Source of the DNA: Azolla caroliniana
Lineage: Eukaryota; Plantae; Polypodiophyta
Assembly: GCA_043228905.1 (NCBI GenBank)
Contig: JBHGNT010000011.1
Coordinates: 8,804,001 to 8,868,000, forward strand
DNA length: 64,000 bases
Direction: 5' to 3'
Shown here: piece after piece, positions 25,096 to 38,525 of the stretch
How positions within the stretch are numbered: position 1 is the stretch's first letter
Layout: each line of letters begins with the position of its first letter
Notes under the pieces: generated by a model
Seen by the model: only the letters and a program-made list of their open reading frames with translations
Told to the model about the DNA's origin: nothing
Databases searched by the model: none
Made by a program: the position numbers and the translations under genes

Positions 25096-25782
25096 CCATT
25101 AAGCCGTCGTTCGCTGCAAGAAAGCAGGAATCGTGGTCGCCAAAACTGTGTTATTCTCTGACCGGACAAGGCCTAACACAAGGTGTCACGGAGACACTTC
25201 ACCAAAGGGTGATTACGGCATAGGATTAAGATTCAACGCTTACACCGACTTACGTAGGTTACACGATTAGAGTGTTTTGGTTAATTACACGCGTAAGATA
25301 TAATAGTAAGTACAGAACGGAAATCAATACAGAAGTACAAAACACCATATGCTCTATTAATTATCCGCTGTGATTACAATGGGGTCCGGGCCTTTAAATA
25401 GGTTTCCGGCCCGTAGTACAAAACGGTGCCTATCGCACCTATTCGGGATCCGTCCGGATCTGGAACGGCATACCGTTTCCAGTCCGTCTGTCCACACTAT
25501 GCTTATTTACAACCATACTTAATTAACTCCTTCACTCCGTATTTTGGACTCCTTGCCGGCCGGTAACATCGATTCTTCTTCTTCTTCTTCTTCTCTCTTT
25601 GAATAAGAGCTATGTAGTGAAGCTACAATAACGATGAGCCGGTTCTTGGTCGTCAGCGTATAGCACAACACACGATCACGATGAGGCTAATGGGCTAGAT
25701 TGAGCTTCCAAATCGCTCTGATACCATGTAAAGAATCAGGTATGATTCTTGTGTAGCAGAATAGATGTGAACTGTGTGTGTG

Positions 25783-25834
<52 letters not shown>

Positions 25835-26145
25835 TGTGAGAGACAAGGAGTAAGACACAAAGTTTCCGCAAGGTAGATTATATTAACAAAGGAGAAAGAC
25901 TCAACTACATACAAGGTGGGAGGAGGGTGCTTTATATAGTCACCCTCTCTCTTCATTAACTACAAGACTCATGGAGCATGGGGAATGTGAAAGCTCATAA
26001 GTTATGTGTCATAGAATATGATTCTATGATTCATACTAAATGCTAGAATACAAAGAGGTGACATAATGGTGACTCTTGACCGTTGGAGTGTCTATTCATT
26101 CTCAAGCTGAGTTCACACACTAGACCAAGTTGAGCTTGATTCTCA

Positions 26146-27567
26146 TACGTGAGGACTTGAAGACAGATGCTTTTGGCCAAGCCATTCTAGCACAAATTGA
26201 TCCCTCTCGAGCATCTTGTTCACAATCGCAACAACCAGGTACGGACTATCGACAATTCGAATGTCATAATGGATTACTATTCTTTAAGAAACTCTTGTAT
26301 GTTCCTAATGGTTCTTGTCACCTTTGAGTAGTCCAAAACTGTCATGACACATATACATCTGGGCATTTTGGTAGTACTAAAACATTAGATTTAGTACACC
26401 GATCATTCTGGTCGCTCCATATGCGACAATTTGTCGAAGATTTTGTTCGGATTTGTGATACATGTTGCAGAGCTAAAATGTAAATGCATCATCCATATGG
26501 TTTATTAGAACCATTACCAATTCCAAGCAAGCCGTGACAATCCATTGCTCTAGATTGCATCACAGATCTTCCGGTCTCTAAGGGTTTCGATATGATTTTA
26601 ATAGTAGTAGATCGATATACGAAGATGGCCCATTTCCTTCCATGTACTAAGGAAATCTCAAGTGAGGAAACCGTCGAAACTGTCATGCGTGAAGTATGTC
26701 AGCATCATGGCCTTCCCGATAATATCATCAGCGACCGTGGACCCCAGTTCGTCTCGAAATTCTAGAAGCACCTCTTTAAAATGCTCAAGGTCACTTGTAA
26801 CCTCTCCTTCGGCTACCACCCGCAAACAAACGGCCAAGCAGAACGAACAAATCAAACGTTCGAGCAGTATCTTCGGTGCTTTTTAAACTAACATCAAGAT
26901 GACTGGGTGGATATTCTCCACTTCACCGAATTTGCGTATAATAACTCTGTCCACTCATCGACAAAGGTTACACCATTTTATGCTTATATGGGTTTTCACC
27001 CCCAGTGGTGTATATTTGAAACCCCAGAGTTACCCACAAATCCTTGCGCAGAGAATCGTTTGGAGCGGTTACGCAAGATACAAGCAGATTTATCTACTCA
27101 TCTACAGCAAGCTCAACAAACACAGAAGGTTTACACATATTGTCATCGGCTTCCATCCAATTGTGGAGATAAAGTATGGCTACTACGATGACACATCAAG
27201 ACTAGTCGCCCATGCGAGAAGTTGGATTATCGGAAAAATTAATGATGCCGCTTTTCGTCTCGATTTACCTCCTCAACTTGGGATACATCCGGTATTTCAT
27301 AGTTCTCTCGTAGAACCCTATCAAGACAACATCATCCCAGGTCGTATTAAACAACCTCCACCCTTAATTGAACTTGAAGATGGACCTGAGTACGAGGTTG
27401 CCACCATCCTCAATTCCAAGATTGTTTGCAATAAGCTCTACTGTTTAGTTGATCGGCTAGGATATAGTCACAACGAGCGTACTTGGGAACCAATAGAGAA
27501 TGTGATCAATGCTCGTGCTCTTCTTGAAAACTTCCATCGTCAATATCCAGACAAACTAGGTCCTTAA
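26146..27567 (+). pseudogene. pol: F integrase with C-terminal chromodomain
   Basis: HD...GHFG; PLPIP; SDRGPQF; [11 protein letters not shown]; IHPVFHSSL; EYEVATIL...YCLV..GY....TWEP. Confidence 0.88.
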
Positions 27568-27610
27568 TCCAAAATGACTCGTGATACTCGTCGTTTTAAA
27601 GGGGGGATAG

Positions 27611-28026
27611 TGTCATGATGTGGCAAGACTCGAACCCATGACCTTATGTTACATGGGTCAAGCTCTTGACCATTAAACTATATATTATAATATGAAGAAT
27701 ATTATTTTCATTTAAGTTTTACTATAGAAAATTGATGTATATTCCATATTTCTTTGGAACATTCTAGAAACTTCAAGAGTACTCCTAAGAACACTATAAA
27801 AGGAGGCACAAGGCATTATTTTTGAACCAAATCGGTTCAATGCCAGTCTTAAGCTTCCTAGCTACTATTGCATATTCTCTTAACATAATATACATATTTT
27901 GTTATCATCATTCTCTCTCTCTCTCTCTCTCTCTCTTTCCTTCTCTCGAGAGTTCTACACCTCCCTTAGTACTAATCCTCATCTTTTAGTACTAATTCCT
28001 TCTCTATCTTAGTATTGTTCTTGTCA
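27611..28026 (+). repeat. 3' LTR of F (right end approximate)
   Basis: Follows PPT 27598-27610; starts TGTCA; TATAAAA near 27796; copia E integrase resumes at 28027. Bases 12041-12091 match 27731-27781. Confidence 0.75.
27615..27687 (-). ncRNA. tRNA-like (pseudo-tRNA) cassette at the start of the F LTR
   Basis: Minus strand reads TAATATA TAGTTTAATGGTCAAGAGC ... AGGTC ATGGGTTCGAGTCTTGC CACATCA T. A- and B-box-like motifs at tRNA spacing, 73 nt. The anticodon arm does not pair. Confidence 0.55.
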
Positions 28027-30373
28027 GCCGCCTCTTCGATCGTCTGATTTTTCCACTCGGCCACGCCGTTCTATTGCAGCGTGTATCTGCAGGAGAATTC
28101 ACGCTGAATTCCTTCCTTCTGTAGATAATTTGAGAACTAGTCGGAGAAGTAATCATTCCCACCATCGGACCTTAGGCACTTGATCTTTCGTTCGGTTTCC
28201 TTTTCTGCAAGGCTCTTTACCTTCAGGAAACAAGCGAAGACTTCGCTCTCTTCGCGATCAAGCACGACCAAGTGTGCTGAGAGAAGTCATCAATAAAAGT
28301 CACGAAATATCGGTTTCCACCGAGACTCACGTTCTATGCCGGTCCCCATACATTCGAATGGATCACATCGGGCGGATTTTGACTCCGGTTACGCTCATTG
28401 GGGAATGGAAGTCGGTGATGATTTCCCAAGTGGCAGGCTTCGCAGACTTGGCCCTTTCGGCCACTGAATTCCAACAAGCTTCGGGAAATTTACGTGGCTG
28501 AACCGCTTGTGCCACAGGTTGATATCCGATTTGACCTTTTGCCCTTTTGCGAACATAACGGTGCCTATGTCATTGGTTTCGAGGATAAACATCCTCCATT
28601 CACGGCACCCTTGTGCGATTATCTTGCCTTCCTCTTCTATGAAGCACCCAAGATGAGTAAATCGTACTTGCATGCCTTGGTCGACTATCTGTTTGACCGA
28701 CACAAAATTCTTGGTGATTGTTGGAACATACAAGACATTCCTCATGATTCCCTTATGGCCATCATGGTTGAGAGGGATATCTCCAATATGTTCAATGGGG
28801 TGAGGGGTGTCATCGCCAATTTCGACGACCCTTGGTTGCTCCGGCTTCTCTAGAGTCGAGAACCACTCTTGGTGATTTTTCATATGGTTTGACGCTCCCG
28901 AATCCACATACCATACCTCGTTCCTCGAGGTATTCACCACCATCGAATTGGCTTTGTGCTTCATTACGAAGGTAGCCTGTTCTGACTCGCCTTGAGCCTT
29001 CCGTGTAGTGGGATCTCGGCTCGATCTGGCTTTGTCCGAATCGGCTCGTTTCTTCCAGCACTCGCTCTCCATGTGGGCCTTTTTTCCACAATACCAGTAG
29101 TCAGTTGTGGCCTTCCCTTGCCGGTTGCCGGTGCCGCCATGAATCCCCCTACCTGTGGATTGGTCGGAGGTTCTTCTGGCATTCCGATTATGCCGCACAT
29201 TCTGATCTTGTCGGCCGTCTCCATTATGCACCGACCCACCTCGTCCACCACGATTTTGGGGCCTCTTTTCCTCCATGTACAACATTTTGTTGTTGTCGTG
29301 TGTACTCGTCGACGCACCTGCATGGTTTTCTTCTACGAGCAACATTGATTGAAGCTCAAAGAATGATGGCGTATTCTCCCTTGTGTAGACATCCGTTCTG
29401 AATGCTCCAAGCTTTGACACTAACCCACCAAGAAAAACCTACACCATTTCATCTTCCTCGATGTTCACATTGACGGAGGCGAGAGAGTCGTAGATCTCCT
29501 TGATTCAGGTTTTTATAGTCGACCACAGACAGATCTTTCTGTCGGACATTGCTAAGCTCTTGCCTGAGCTGCAACTTCCTGGCCATTGTGCTAGCGGTGA
29601 AAATCCTCTTGAGATTCGCCATGTGTCCTTTGGCATCTTAGCATCCTGAATGTAGCTCAAGAGCTGGTCACTTACACAGGACGCGAAGCAGTAGAGAACT
29701 TTGCTTGCCGCTTGTTCCCAAACTGGAAAGTTTCTATGTGTCGATTAGGGTGCTGCATCATTAGCTCCGTTGACATAACTCTAGTAACCATGACCAAGTA
29801 GGTATTGGTGCATCTTGTAAGACCAAGATGCGTAGTTGCTCCTGTCGAGCTTCTCAGTCGGTAGTGAGCTTCCCATTCCTCTGTCCATATTGTTGTCGTA
29901 TCTTTTCCGACATCGAGAAAAACTTGCTATCTTTATCACTTGCTTTTTTGTCAGCTATAAAGGAGTCTCAACCCTCGCGCTCTAATACCATAAAAAGGAA
30001 TACGTGTGGAAGTGTGTGCGTAAAAGACGCAGAATAGAGTACACAGTTCAGAAATATGACAATTCGGTGAAGCACAGAAAACACAGAGAGAAAAGAAGAG
30101 AGATAGAGATAGAGAGAGCACTCTGTATGTGCTTTGTGATCAGTGAGCACTTTTTATACAAGCCCTCGACGCGTGGGCTGACACAAGTACTGTCAGTATT
30201 TGACTGCTCATAAATGAGGTCATACAATAACTCCCAAAATATATTCCTCCATAGAATATCTATCCAACGGCCTTTCGGTTTATGCACCGCTACGACCTCT
30301 CGTTGTGCGCCTGGTTTACACACCCAATTTACGCACCGGTATACGCACCCAATGTTGAGCTTGTATCTCAATA
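28027..30373 (-). mobile_element. Ty1/copia element E, 5' part (LTR 29991..30373, degenerate iMet PBS, gag, protease, IN start), inserted in the RT of C3
   Basis: PBS tggtattagagc 29979-29990; gag similar to B (LPTEKLDRSNYASW); WYVDSGASNHM; LWHKRFSH; QNGVAE at ~28070. Confidence 0.85.
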
Positions 30374-32891
30374 GAATCCCTTCACCACGATCCAAGCTTT
30401 GTATCTTGGTGGATTTCCGGCATCTCCTGGTTTCAACTTGTACACCCACTTGTTCCAAAGCGCTCTCTTTCCTTTCGGCAGCTCCATGAGTTCATATGTG
30501 TGGTTCTCATGCACAAAATCCATCTCATCCTGCATGGCACTTCCACTTGCGGTTGTGGGTGTCTTTCTCTGCTTCTTCGAAACTTTCTGGCTCCCCCTCA
30601 ACGGTCAACAATACATGCTCTACATCCGGGGGAGCCTTCTCTCTCTTAGAAAGTATCTTTGTCCTTGGTTCTCATTCACCGGTTCCTCTGTTTGTTCTTT
30701 ATCCGATTCTGACTCGGGGTCTTGTCCGGTTCTGGGGTCCAGATGTTCTTCTTCTTCTTGGGTCAGTTCTGTTTCTTGTCCAAATCTGGCCGGTTCATCG
30801 AGCATCATCCGACTTCCAGCCGGATGGATCCTTGCTTCTTCCAATCGATCTCTGTCGGTCGACCACGAGTTCACTATCTTCTTTTCTGACTCCCAGTCGA
30901 CAATAGTCTTGTCTTCCATGAAGACTATGTCTCAACTCTGGAAGACCTTCTTGTCGAGCAAGTCCCACACGCGGTAGCCGAACTCATCATCGTCGTATCC
31001 AAGGAATATGCATGATCTGGTTCATTCTCTCGGCCAACCCGTTTAGTTTCAGTGTCTTCGGCACGATGAATTTGAATTGGTTTCCTTTTGATCGGCAGTA
31101 CTCTTCGAACTACCCCTGGTATTAGCCTCCGTTGTTTGCTTGAACCGCCTTTAGCTTCCGTTCGGATTCTCTTTCCACTCTCGCGTGGAGATCCTTGAAG
31201 ACGGTCAACACCTAATCCTTTGTCTTCAGAGGTGAGGCCCACAACTTCCGGTTGTGGTCGTTTATGAACGTCACGAAGTACTTTGATCTGACATGTGACT
31301 TCATGTCCACTTGACACACATCGGTGTGCACCAGCTCCAATGGTGCATTCCGTCTCATCGGTGGTCTTGTTCGGAAAGAGGTTCGGTTTTGTTGGCCGGC
31401 CAAGCAGGTGATGCACTTCTCAAGCTGCACATCCTTCATTTCCGAATGAGATTGTCCTCAACAAGTCTTCGCATCCCCTTTTGGCTCATATGACATAGCC
31501 TCTTGTGCCACATCTCACCGATAGTGTTAGCTCTTCTTCACTTGTCGCGACTTCCGACGTTCCTTTCCAATCCGAACTCCTCTAATCAGGACCCTTCTTC
31601 GAGTCAGCATTGTTCATTCCTTTCTCCTTCCGGAAGTGTCGCCAATTCTTCTGGAAGTGCCCTGACTTCCCACAATAGAAGCACATGGCCTCCCCCTTGA
31701 CTTCCATCTCGTCACCGACTTGTCCCGATTCTGGGGACTCCAATTCCGGTTTCTCCCTCGTTGTGCATCGGATTCAGTAATCAAGACTTTTGTGTCGGAG
31801 ATCACTTCTTTGTCTTTCCGACGCGCCTCTTCATTTAGCAAGCTCGACTTTACTCTTGCTAGGGATAGTTGTTTCCCTTCCGGCCTTGACGTTGCCCAAG
31901 GTGACAACTAGCGTCTCCCAACTATCTAGGAGGGAATCGAACAATAGCAATGCAAGAACCGCATTGGCTAGAGGTACTTCCAACGAGGTGGTTTGATTTA
32001 TGTGCTTTGCCATGCTGGATCCGTCCTGGTACCAGAGTCTCACTAACTTCCGGAATATTGAGACCCGATTTATGGCGTTTTTACTCTCCACCATCGTACT
32101 GATTTTCTCCTAGAGCACATGAGCCTTACTTTCTTCATTAAAGTTGTTGTATAGGCTCATGTTGATGAATCATCGAATGTATGCCGTCATCTTCATATGC
32201 ATCACCTCCTACGTTGTGGCATTGATCTTGTCCGGTTTCTTGTCCCCGAATTGTATTGGCAGCCAGAGATCTTTGACCACGAGCATGTCCCTCATCTTCG
32301 ACTTCCACACTGGGTAGTTGGAGCCGGTGAGCTTGAACATGCTTCCGAATGAATCTTCCATTTTCTTCAAGGTTTAGAACCTTCGCTCTTATACTAGTTT
32401 GTGCGGAAATGGTGCTCGGCCACAACCGAGTCTCAATCACACAATGGAAGCAACTGAAAAACAGAAATGAGACAACACATGATGTTAATGGGGAAAACCC
32501 TAAAAAGGAAAAACCCATGGGAGCCCACAGACTCCAACTATCACTATGAGAGGAATGATACAATGGGAGACTAAGAGACAACGACCTCGAGCTCTGTCTT
32601 CGCCAACCGATGGTTACAACAGAAAAGCTTTCTGTATCTCTCTCTCTCTCTCTCTCTTTGCAACTCTATACACACATTAACAAGTGATTGCCCAAAGTCA
32701 TATTTATACTTATATGACTTTAGACTATTTACAAATATGGCCATGATAGGCACACTAGAAACGTATTTACAGATATATCCCTGGATCTGGTTCACACCGA
32801 ATACATCCGGATCCGTCCGATCCAGTTCCATCCTTCGGCTCGTACGATCAGGCTCATCTGGATCCCATCTAGAGGGAACAAACTCCCAACA
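30374..32891 (-). mobile_element. Degenerate Tork/Tnt1-like copia C3 (5' LTR ~32400..32891), inserted in A4 gag-pol
   Basis: Homologous to C1 (LARVKSSLLNEEARRKD, LELVHTDVC, NKWVYKLKPGDAG) with several deletions. LTR starts TGTTGGGAG; degenerate PBS near 32385. Confidence 0.85.
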
Positions 32892-35800
32892 CCACGTTAC
32901 ATTCATTGGCCTTCTGTATCCACTCGGTAGCCTACTTTCGGATGGCCTCCTGAGACTCCCACTCTACAGCTTTCCCTTTGGACCTAGTGGTGACTTGTTG
33001 GACATCTGTAACTTCCGCGATCACGATGTTTACTACCGGTTGTTTCTTGTTAGCCTTGATCGGGCACTGGCTACTGTAATAGCCATCTTTTTGACAATAG
33101 TAACAATACACTTTTCAGTTGCTCGATTCCCCTTTTTCCGCACTACCCGCCTACACACTGGAATTCATTCGGTTGTTCTCTTCCGGCCTCCTCTACTCTG
33201 ATTGTGTGGCGGTTGTGTTTATATCCATCTCCCGATGGTATTCTCGGTGTTATGTACACATAACATTGGTGAGGGTAGGTCACAAATATTTACATTAGTG
33301 AAGGGTATGTTCACTAATGTTAAAAAGGGGACTAATGATTGGATAGAAGGAATGATAGGTGCATGCACTATCATGATTTGGACAACCAATGAATGGAGAG
33401 CCCTTTAGAAAGGCACATCTATTCAAGGGGCCTAGGAAAAGGTATAAATATGAGGCATAACTACCCTCATAATCAAATTACGTCGGAAGGTTGCTGTCTT
33501 AGACACCGGTGGTGCGGGCTAGGCTTTCGTCTCAACGATTGTGTTTATCTCTTCCAAGGTATCAGTCATCCTAATATCCGGCGGTATGGGACGTCGGTGG
33601 TAGGTTGACTATGTCTAGATCATAGCTCGGGGGTGGTCAGGTAGAACGGGTTCTTCTATCCATTCTATTTTCCTTCTTTTACTTTAGTTTGGTCTATTGA
33701 TTAGTAATAGACTCTTAACAGTGGTATCAAAGCATTTACTAACAATTTTTTTTTGTTGTTTTGATGTTTTTTGCGTGTGAGCGATGGGGATCTAACAAGG
33801 CTCGTCATGCTCTTCACAGGATCAAAACAACATTCTTAACCCGATATTCTTCTTTCTCGATCTCTCTTTTCTTTTCTATGATGCTTTCTTCTAGGTCATA
33901 TGGAAGTGGTATTATGTTTTCTTTTCTTTTGCTTTCTTCTTTCTACCATCATACAATGTTAATCTACTTATGCATTGGGTCGAGCGTGTTTGTAGTAATC
34001 GCACACGCTCAATTCATGGCCCTTTTGCATATTGCGATTGTAAAGAATCAAGAGATGGATTCTTGTGAAGCGGAAGAGATGTGAGTTATGTGTGTGTGTA
34101 AGCGAGAGAGAGAGAGTGAGTGAGTGAAACACAGAGAATACGCAAGGTAAAAGTATATTGACAAAGGAGAAAGACTCAACATTATACAAGGTGGGAGGAG
34201 GGTGCTTTATGTTGGGAGACAGGTCCCTCCGGATGGGAAGGGAGAAGAACAATGCCGACGAACAAACTCAGTATGAACCGAAACGTTATGAGGAGTACCC
34301 GGCTACGGAGAGCCGGATGGTGCAGGCCCAATATGAACCGGATGAGGAGTACCCGGCTACGGAGAGCCGGATGGTGCAGGCCCGGTATGAACCGGAGGAA
34401 GAGACATATTCGTAAATATGTTTCTCAGAGCCAATTGTGGCTATATTTGTAAATAGCCGAAAAGTCATATTAGTATAAATATGACTTAGGGCAAACTAAT
34501 ATTATGTTGTTGTCATTCTTCCTTGTTGGTGCAAGAAGAAGAGAGAGTGCGTAACTGTACAGAGATAGAGAGAGAGAGACGAGGTCGTTGCCTCTGTTGT
34601 AACCGCCGCCTGTGGCGAAGATTTGTGAGCACGAAGTCGGTGCCTCAGTGAACTCACTGTTTTGTACATTCATACATAGTGACAGTTTGCAGCCTGTGGG
34701 CTGCCGTGGTTTTTTCCCTAGCTTGGGGTTTTCCACGTAAACCTCCTGTGTACCTCTTCTCTCCTTTTGTGTCGCGTGTGCTTTTTTTGTTTCCTGTTTT
34801 TTCTGTGAAAGTAAAGAATCTCGGTTGTGGCTGAGCGTCAGACATAAGGAACGTTGGGTTCCCGTCAAGTGGTATCAGAGCAAAATCGACACAGAAAATG
34901 GATGAATCGTTTGGCGGCATATTCAAGCTCACCGGCTCCAACTATTCAGTGTGGAAGTCGAAGATGAGGGACATGCTCGTTGTTAAAGACCTCTGGCTGC
35001 CGGTTCAGTTCGGGGACAAGAGACCGGACAAAATCGACGCCGCGATATGGGAGGTGATGCACATGAAGACAACGGCGTACATACGGTGCTTCATCGACAT
35101 GAGCCTGTACAACAACTTCAATGAAGAGAGCAAGGCTCATGAGCTCTGGGAGAAGATCGGCATAATGTTTCAAAACAAAAATGCTGTTAATCAGGTTTCG
35201 GTATTCCGGAAGCTAGTAAGACTCCGGTACCAAGATGGCTCCAGCATGGAGGAGCATATGAATGTCTTCCAGGGGCTGATACACCAGGCAACGTCATTGG
35301 AAGTACCTCTTGCCGATGAGGTACTAGCGCTACTCCTGCTCGGTTCCCTCCCGGATAGCTGGGAGACGTTGGTTGTCACTTTGGGCGACGTCGGGCCGGA
35401 AGGAAAACGGTTATCCCTAGCAAGAGTAAAGTCGAGCTTGCTAGATGAGGAGGCGCGTCGGAAGGATAAAGATACGAGCTCTGACTCCAAAGCGCTCCTT
35501 ACTGAATCGGAACGCAGAAGACATAGAAACCGTAGTCCTCAGAACCGGGAGAAGTCGGGGACACGGTCTAAGTCAAGGGGGAGGCCTACTTGCTTCTATT
35601 GCGGCAAGCCGGGACACTTCCAAAAGAACTGTCGGCATTTCCGTAAAGACAAGGAAACCGACGGTACCGATTCGAAGCAAACCCAGAACCAGAACGGTAC
35701 AGACCGGAACGGTAAGGACCGGAGGGGGCCGGACCGGAAGGGAACGACGGCAATCGCGGCAAGTGAAGAAGAGTTGATGCTCATCACCGAGGAGAGTGAG

Positions 35801-38525
35801 ATAAACCTTGCCGGCGACGAGATGACCTGGGTGGTAGACTCCGGAGCATCGTTCCACCTTACCCCGGACCGAAAATGCTTCTCATCCTACTCAGCCGGTG
35901 ATCACGGCTGTGTCCGGATGGGGAATGAAGGAACATGCCGAATTGTCGGCATAGGAGACGTGTGGCTAACAACACCAACCGGATGCAAGTTGCTGCTGAA
36001 GGATGTCCGACACGTTCCGGAGGTTCGTCTGAACCTGATATCAGCCGGTCGGCTAGATGATGAAGGCTACACGGGTAGCATTCGGAACGGTGTCATGAAA
36101 TTCAGCAAAGGGAGCCTGATTGTGGCTCGGGCCCGGAAGGTAAACACACTGTACTTGATGAATGCCCTGTTATGTCCGGAAGAAGTGAACGTAGCATCCG
36201 ACACTGCTGGTGAGCTGTGGCACAAGAGGCTGTGTCATATGAGTGAGAAGGGGATGAAGAGGCTTGCAGACGACAACCTCATTCTAGTGAAGAACGTGCA
36301 CTTAGAGAAGTGCACTGATTGTCTGGCCGGTAAGCAGAACCGGACCTCTTTCCGACCAAGGCCACTGATGAGACGTAATGCACCACTGGAGTTGGTGCAT
36401 ACGGATGTGTGTCAAGTAGACACGAAGTCACATGCCGGAGCGCAGTACTTCGTGACGTTCATAGATGACCACAGCCGGAAGCTGTGGGCCACACCATTGA
36501 AGACGAAGGATCAGGTGCTATCTGTCTTCAAAGAGCTCCACACGAGAGTGGAAAGAGAAACCGGCCGGAAGCTGAAGGCGGTTCGAGCAAACAACGGAGG
36601 AGAATACCGGGGGCAGTTCGAGGAGTACTGCCGCTCGAAGGGGATCCGGCTCGAATTTACCGTGCCGAAGACGCCGGAACTAAACGGACTGGCTGAGAGG
36701 ATGAACCGGACCATAATGGAGAGGGTCCGGAGTATGCTAGCGCATGCAAAACTACCCAAGAAGTTTTGGGCTGAGGCACTGTCGACGACGACATATGTGA
36801 TAAACAGATCACCCTCAGTATCCTTGGTCGGAGACACGCCACAGAGAGTATGGACCGGTAAGGAAGTGTCCTACCGGCATCTGAGGGTGTTCGGGTGTCT
36901 CGCGTACGTGCATGTTGCAAAGGACCGGAGAGGAAAGTTAGATCCAAAGACCCGGCCATGCATATTCCTCGGTTACGGTGACGATGAGTTCGGCTACCGA
37001 GTGTGGGACCCGGTGGACAAGAAGGTATTCCGGAGTCGAGATATTATCTTCATGGAGGACAAGACGCTCGCCAACTTGGAGTCGGAGAAGAAGATAATGA
37101 ACTCCGAGTCGACCGGTAAGGATAGACTCTACGATGAGCAGACCCAACCGGCAAGAGACCGGTTAGCACTCGAGGAACCAGCCGGTTACGGTGAGGATAT
37201 CGAACCGGCAGAAGAAGAAGTAGAGGAAGCTGAGACCGGAACCGGCCAAGACCCCGAATCGGATTCGGATGAAGAGCAAATGGAGGAGCCGGTTACCGAA
37301 GCGCGAAGACGTAGATATCCTCTCAGAGAGAGAAGGGCGCCCCAGAGATTTCCGGATGCAGAGCATGTTCTGCTAACCGATGAGGGGGAGCCGGAAAGCT
37401 TCAAAGAAGCAAAGGAAGACACCCACAATAGAAAATGGTTAAGTGCCATGCAGGATGAGATGGATTCCCTGCATGAGAACCATACGTATGAATTGGTGGA
37501 GTTGCCGAAAGGAAAGCGGGCACTCCGAAACAAGTGGGTGTACAAGTTGAAACCGGGAGATGCCGGCAACCCCCCGAGATACAAAGCCAGGATCATGGTC
37601 AAGGGGTTCCAGCAGAAGAAGGGCATGGACTTCGATGAGATATTTGCCCCGGTAGTAAAGATGACCTCCATCCGGACGGTCTGAGTATAACAGCAAGCAT
37701 GGACCTCGAGGTAGAGCAGCTAGATGTGAAGACGGCATTCCTTCACGGCGACCTCGAAGAGGAGATCTACATGCAGCAACCTGAAGGATTTGTGGAGAAA
37801 GGGAAGGAGCACCTGGTATGCCGGTTGAAGAAGAGCCTGTACGGACTGAAGCAGGCTCCCCGGCAATGGTACCGAAAGTTCGACTCCTTCATGACCGATC
37901 AAGGGTACCACAAGACGCAAGCCGATCACTGCGTGTTTGTGAAGAAGTTTGAAGGAGGGGACTTCCTGATACTCCTCCTATACGTGGATGACATGTTGAT
38001 CGTCGGACGAGACCAAGCAAAAATACGGATGCTGAAGAAGGCTCTCAACCGGACCTTCTCAATGAAAGACTTGGGTCCGGCAAGACAAATGCTGGGGATG
38101 CACATCATCCGTAACCGGAAAGCGAAGCAATTATGGCTGTCACAGGAGAAGTACGTGACAAAGGTGCTTCACCGGTTCAATATGTCAGAAGCGAAACCGG
38201 TCGGATCGACACTTCCGGCAAACTGCAGGCTATCTGGCAAGCAAAGCCCGAAGACGAAAGCAGAGAAGGCGGATATGATGAAGATTCCATATGCCTCTGC
38301 CGTTGGGAGCTTGATGTACGCTATGGTGTGTACCCGACCGGATATAGGATACGCAGTCGGAGTGGTGAGCCGGTTCATGAGTAATCCCGGCAAGGAGCAT
38401 TGGAACGCGGTCAAATGGTTACTCCGGTACTTGAAGGGCACTTCAAATATGTGTCTCCGATTCGGCTCCGGAAAACCTCAACTGGACGGTTTCACCGATT
38501 CGGACATGTCGTCTGATGTGGATAC

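Larger units (their letters stand above)
19361..25568 (-). mobile_element. Gypsy element A3 (both LTRs; internal deletion of IN core and most of the extra ORF), TSD TCGAT
   Basis: LTRs 19361..19780 and 25149..25568 (420 bp, about 4 differences by eye). TCGAT on both sides. PBS tggcgaccacg 25132-25142. Confidence 0.95.
15832..26145 (-). mobile_element. Ty1/copia element B1 (deleted RT C-terminus/RH/PPT), hosting A3
   Basis: 5' LTR 25727..~26145; PBS tggtatcagagc 25715-25726; truncated 3' LTR 15832..~16107. F pol reads ...VINT|IREDLK across it. The right TSD is lost. Confidence 0.88.
12001..28026 (+). mobile_element. Chromovirus element F (Tcn1-like, degenerate); hosts A1, a solo C LTR and B1; inserted in the integrase of copia E
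   Basis: Gag knuckle remnant near 12105; protease LLDSGANSCF; RT ([14 protein letters not shown]); RH (NYEIHDKELLAIV); IN 26146-27200; chromodomain; PPT aaaggggggatag; LTR from 27611. Confidence 0.85.

Noticed and set aside
25785-25832. (GA)n microsatellites (also ~27913 and ~32637)
   Set aside because: Ordinary slippage tracts inside LTRs.
27615-27687. Functional tRNA gene
   Set aside because: The anticodon stem does not pair and the acceptor stem pairs only after reverting substitutions; kept only as a tRNA-like cassette.
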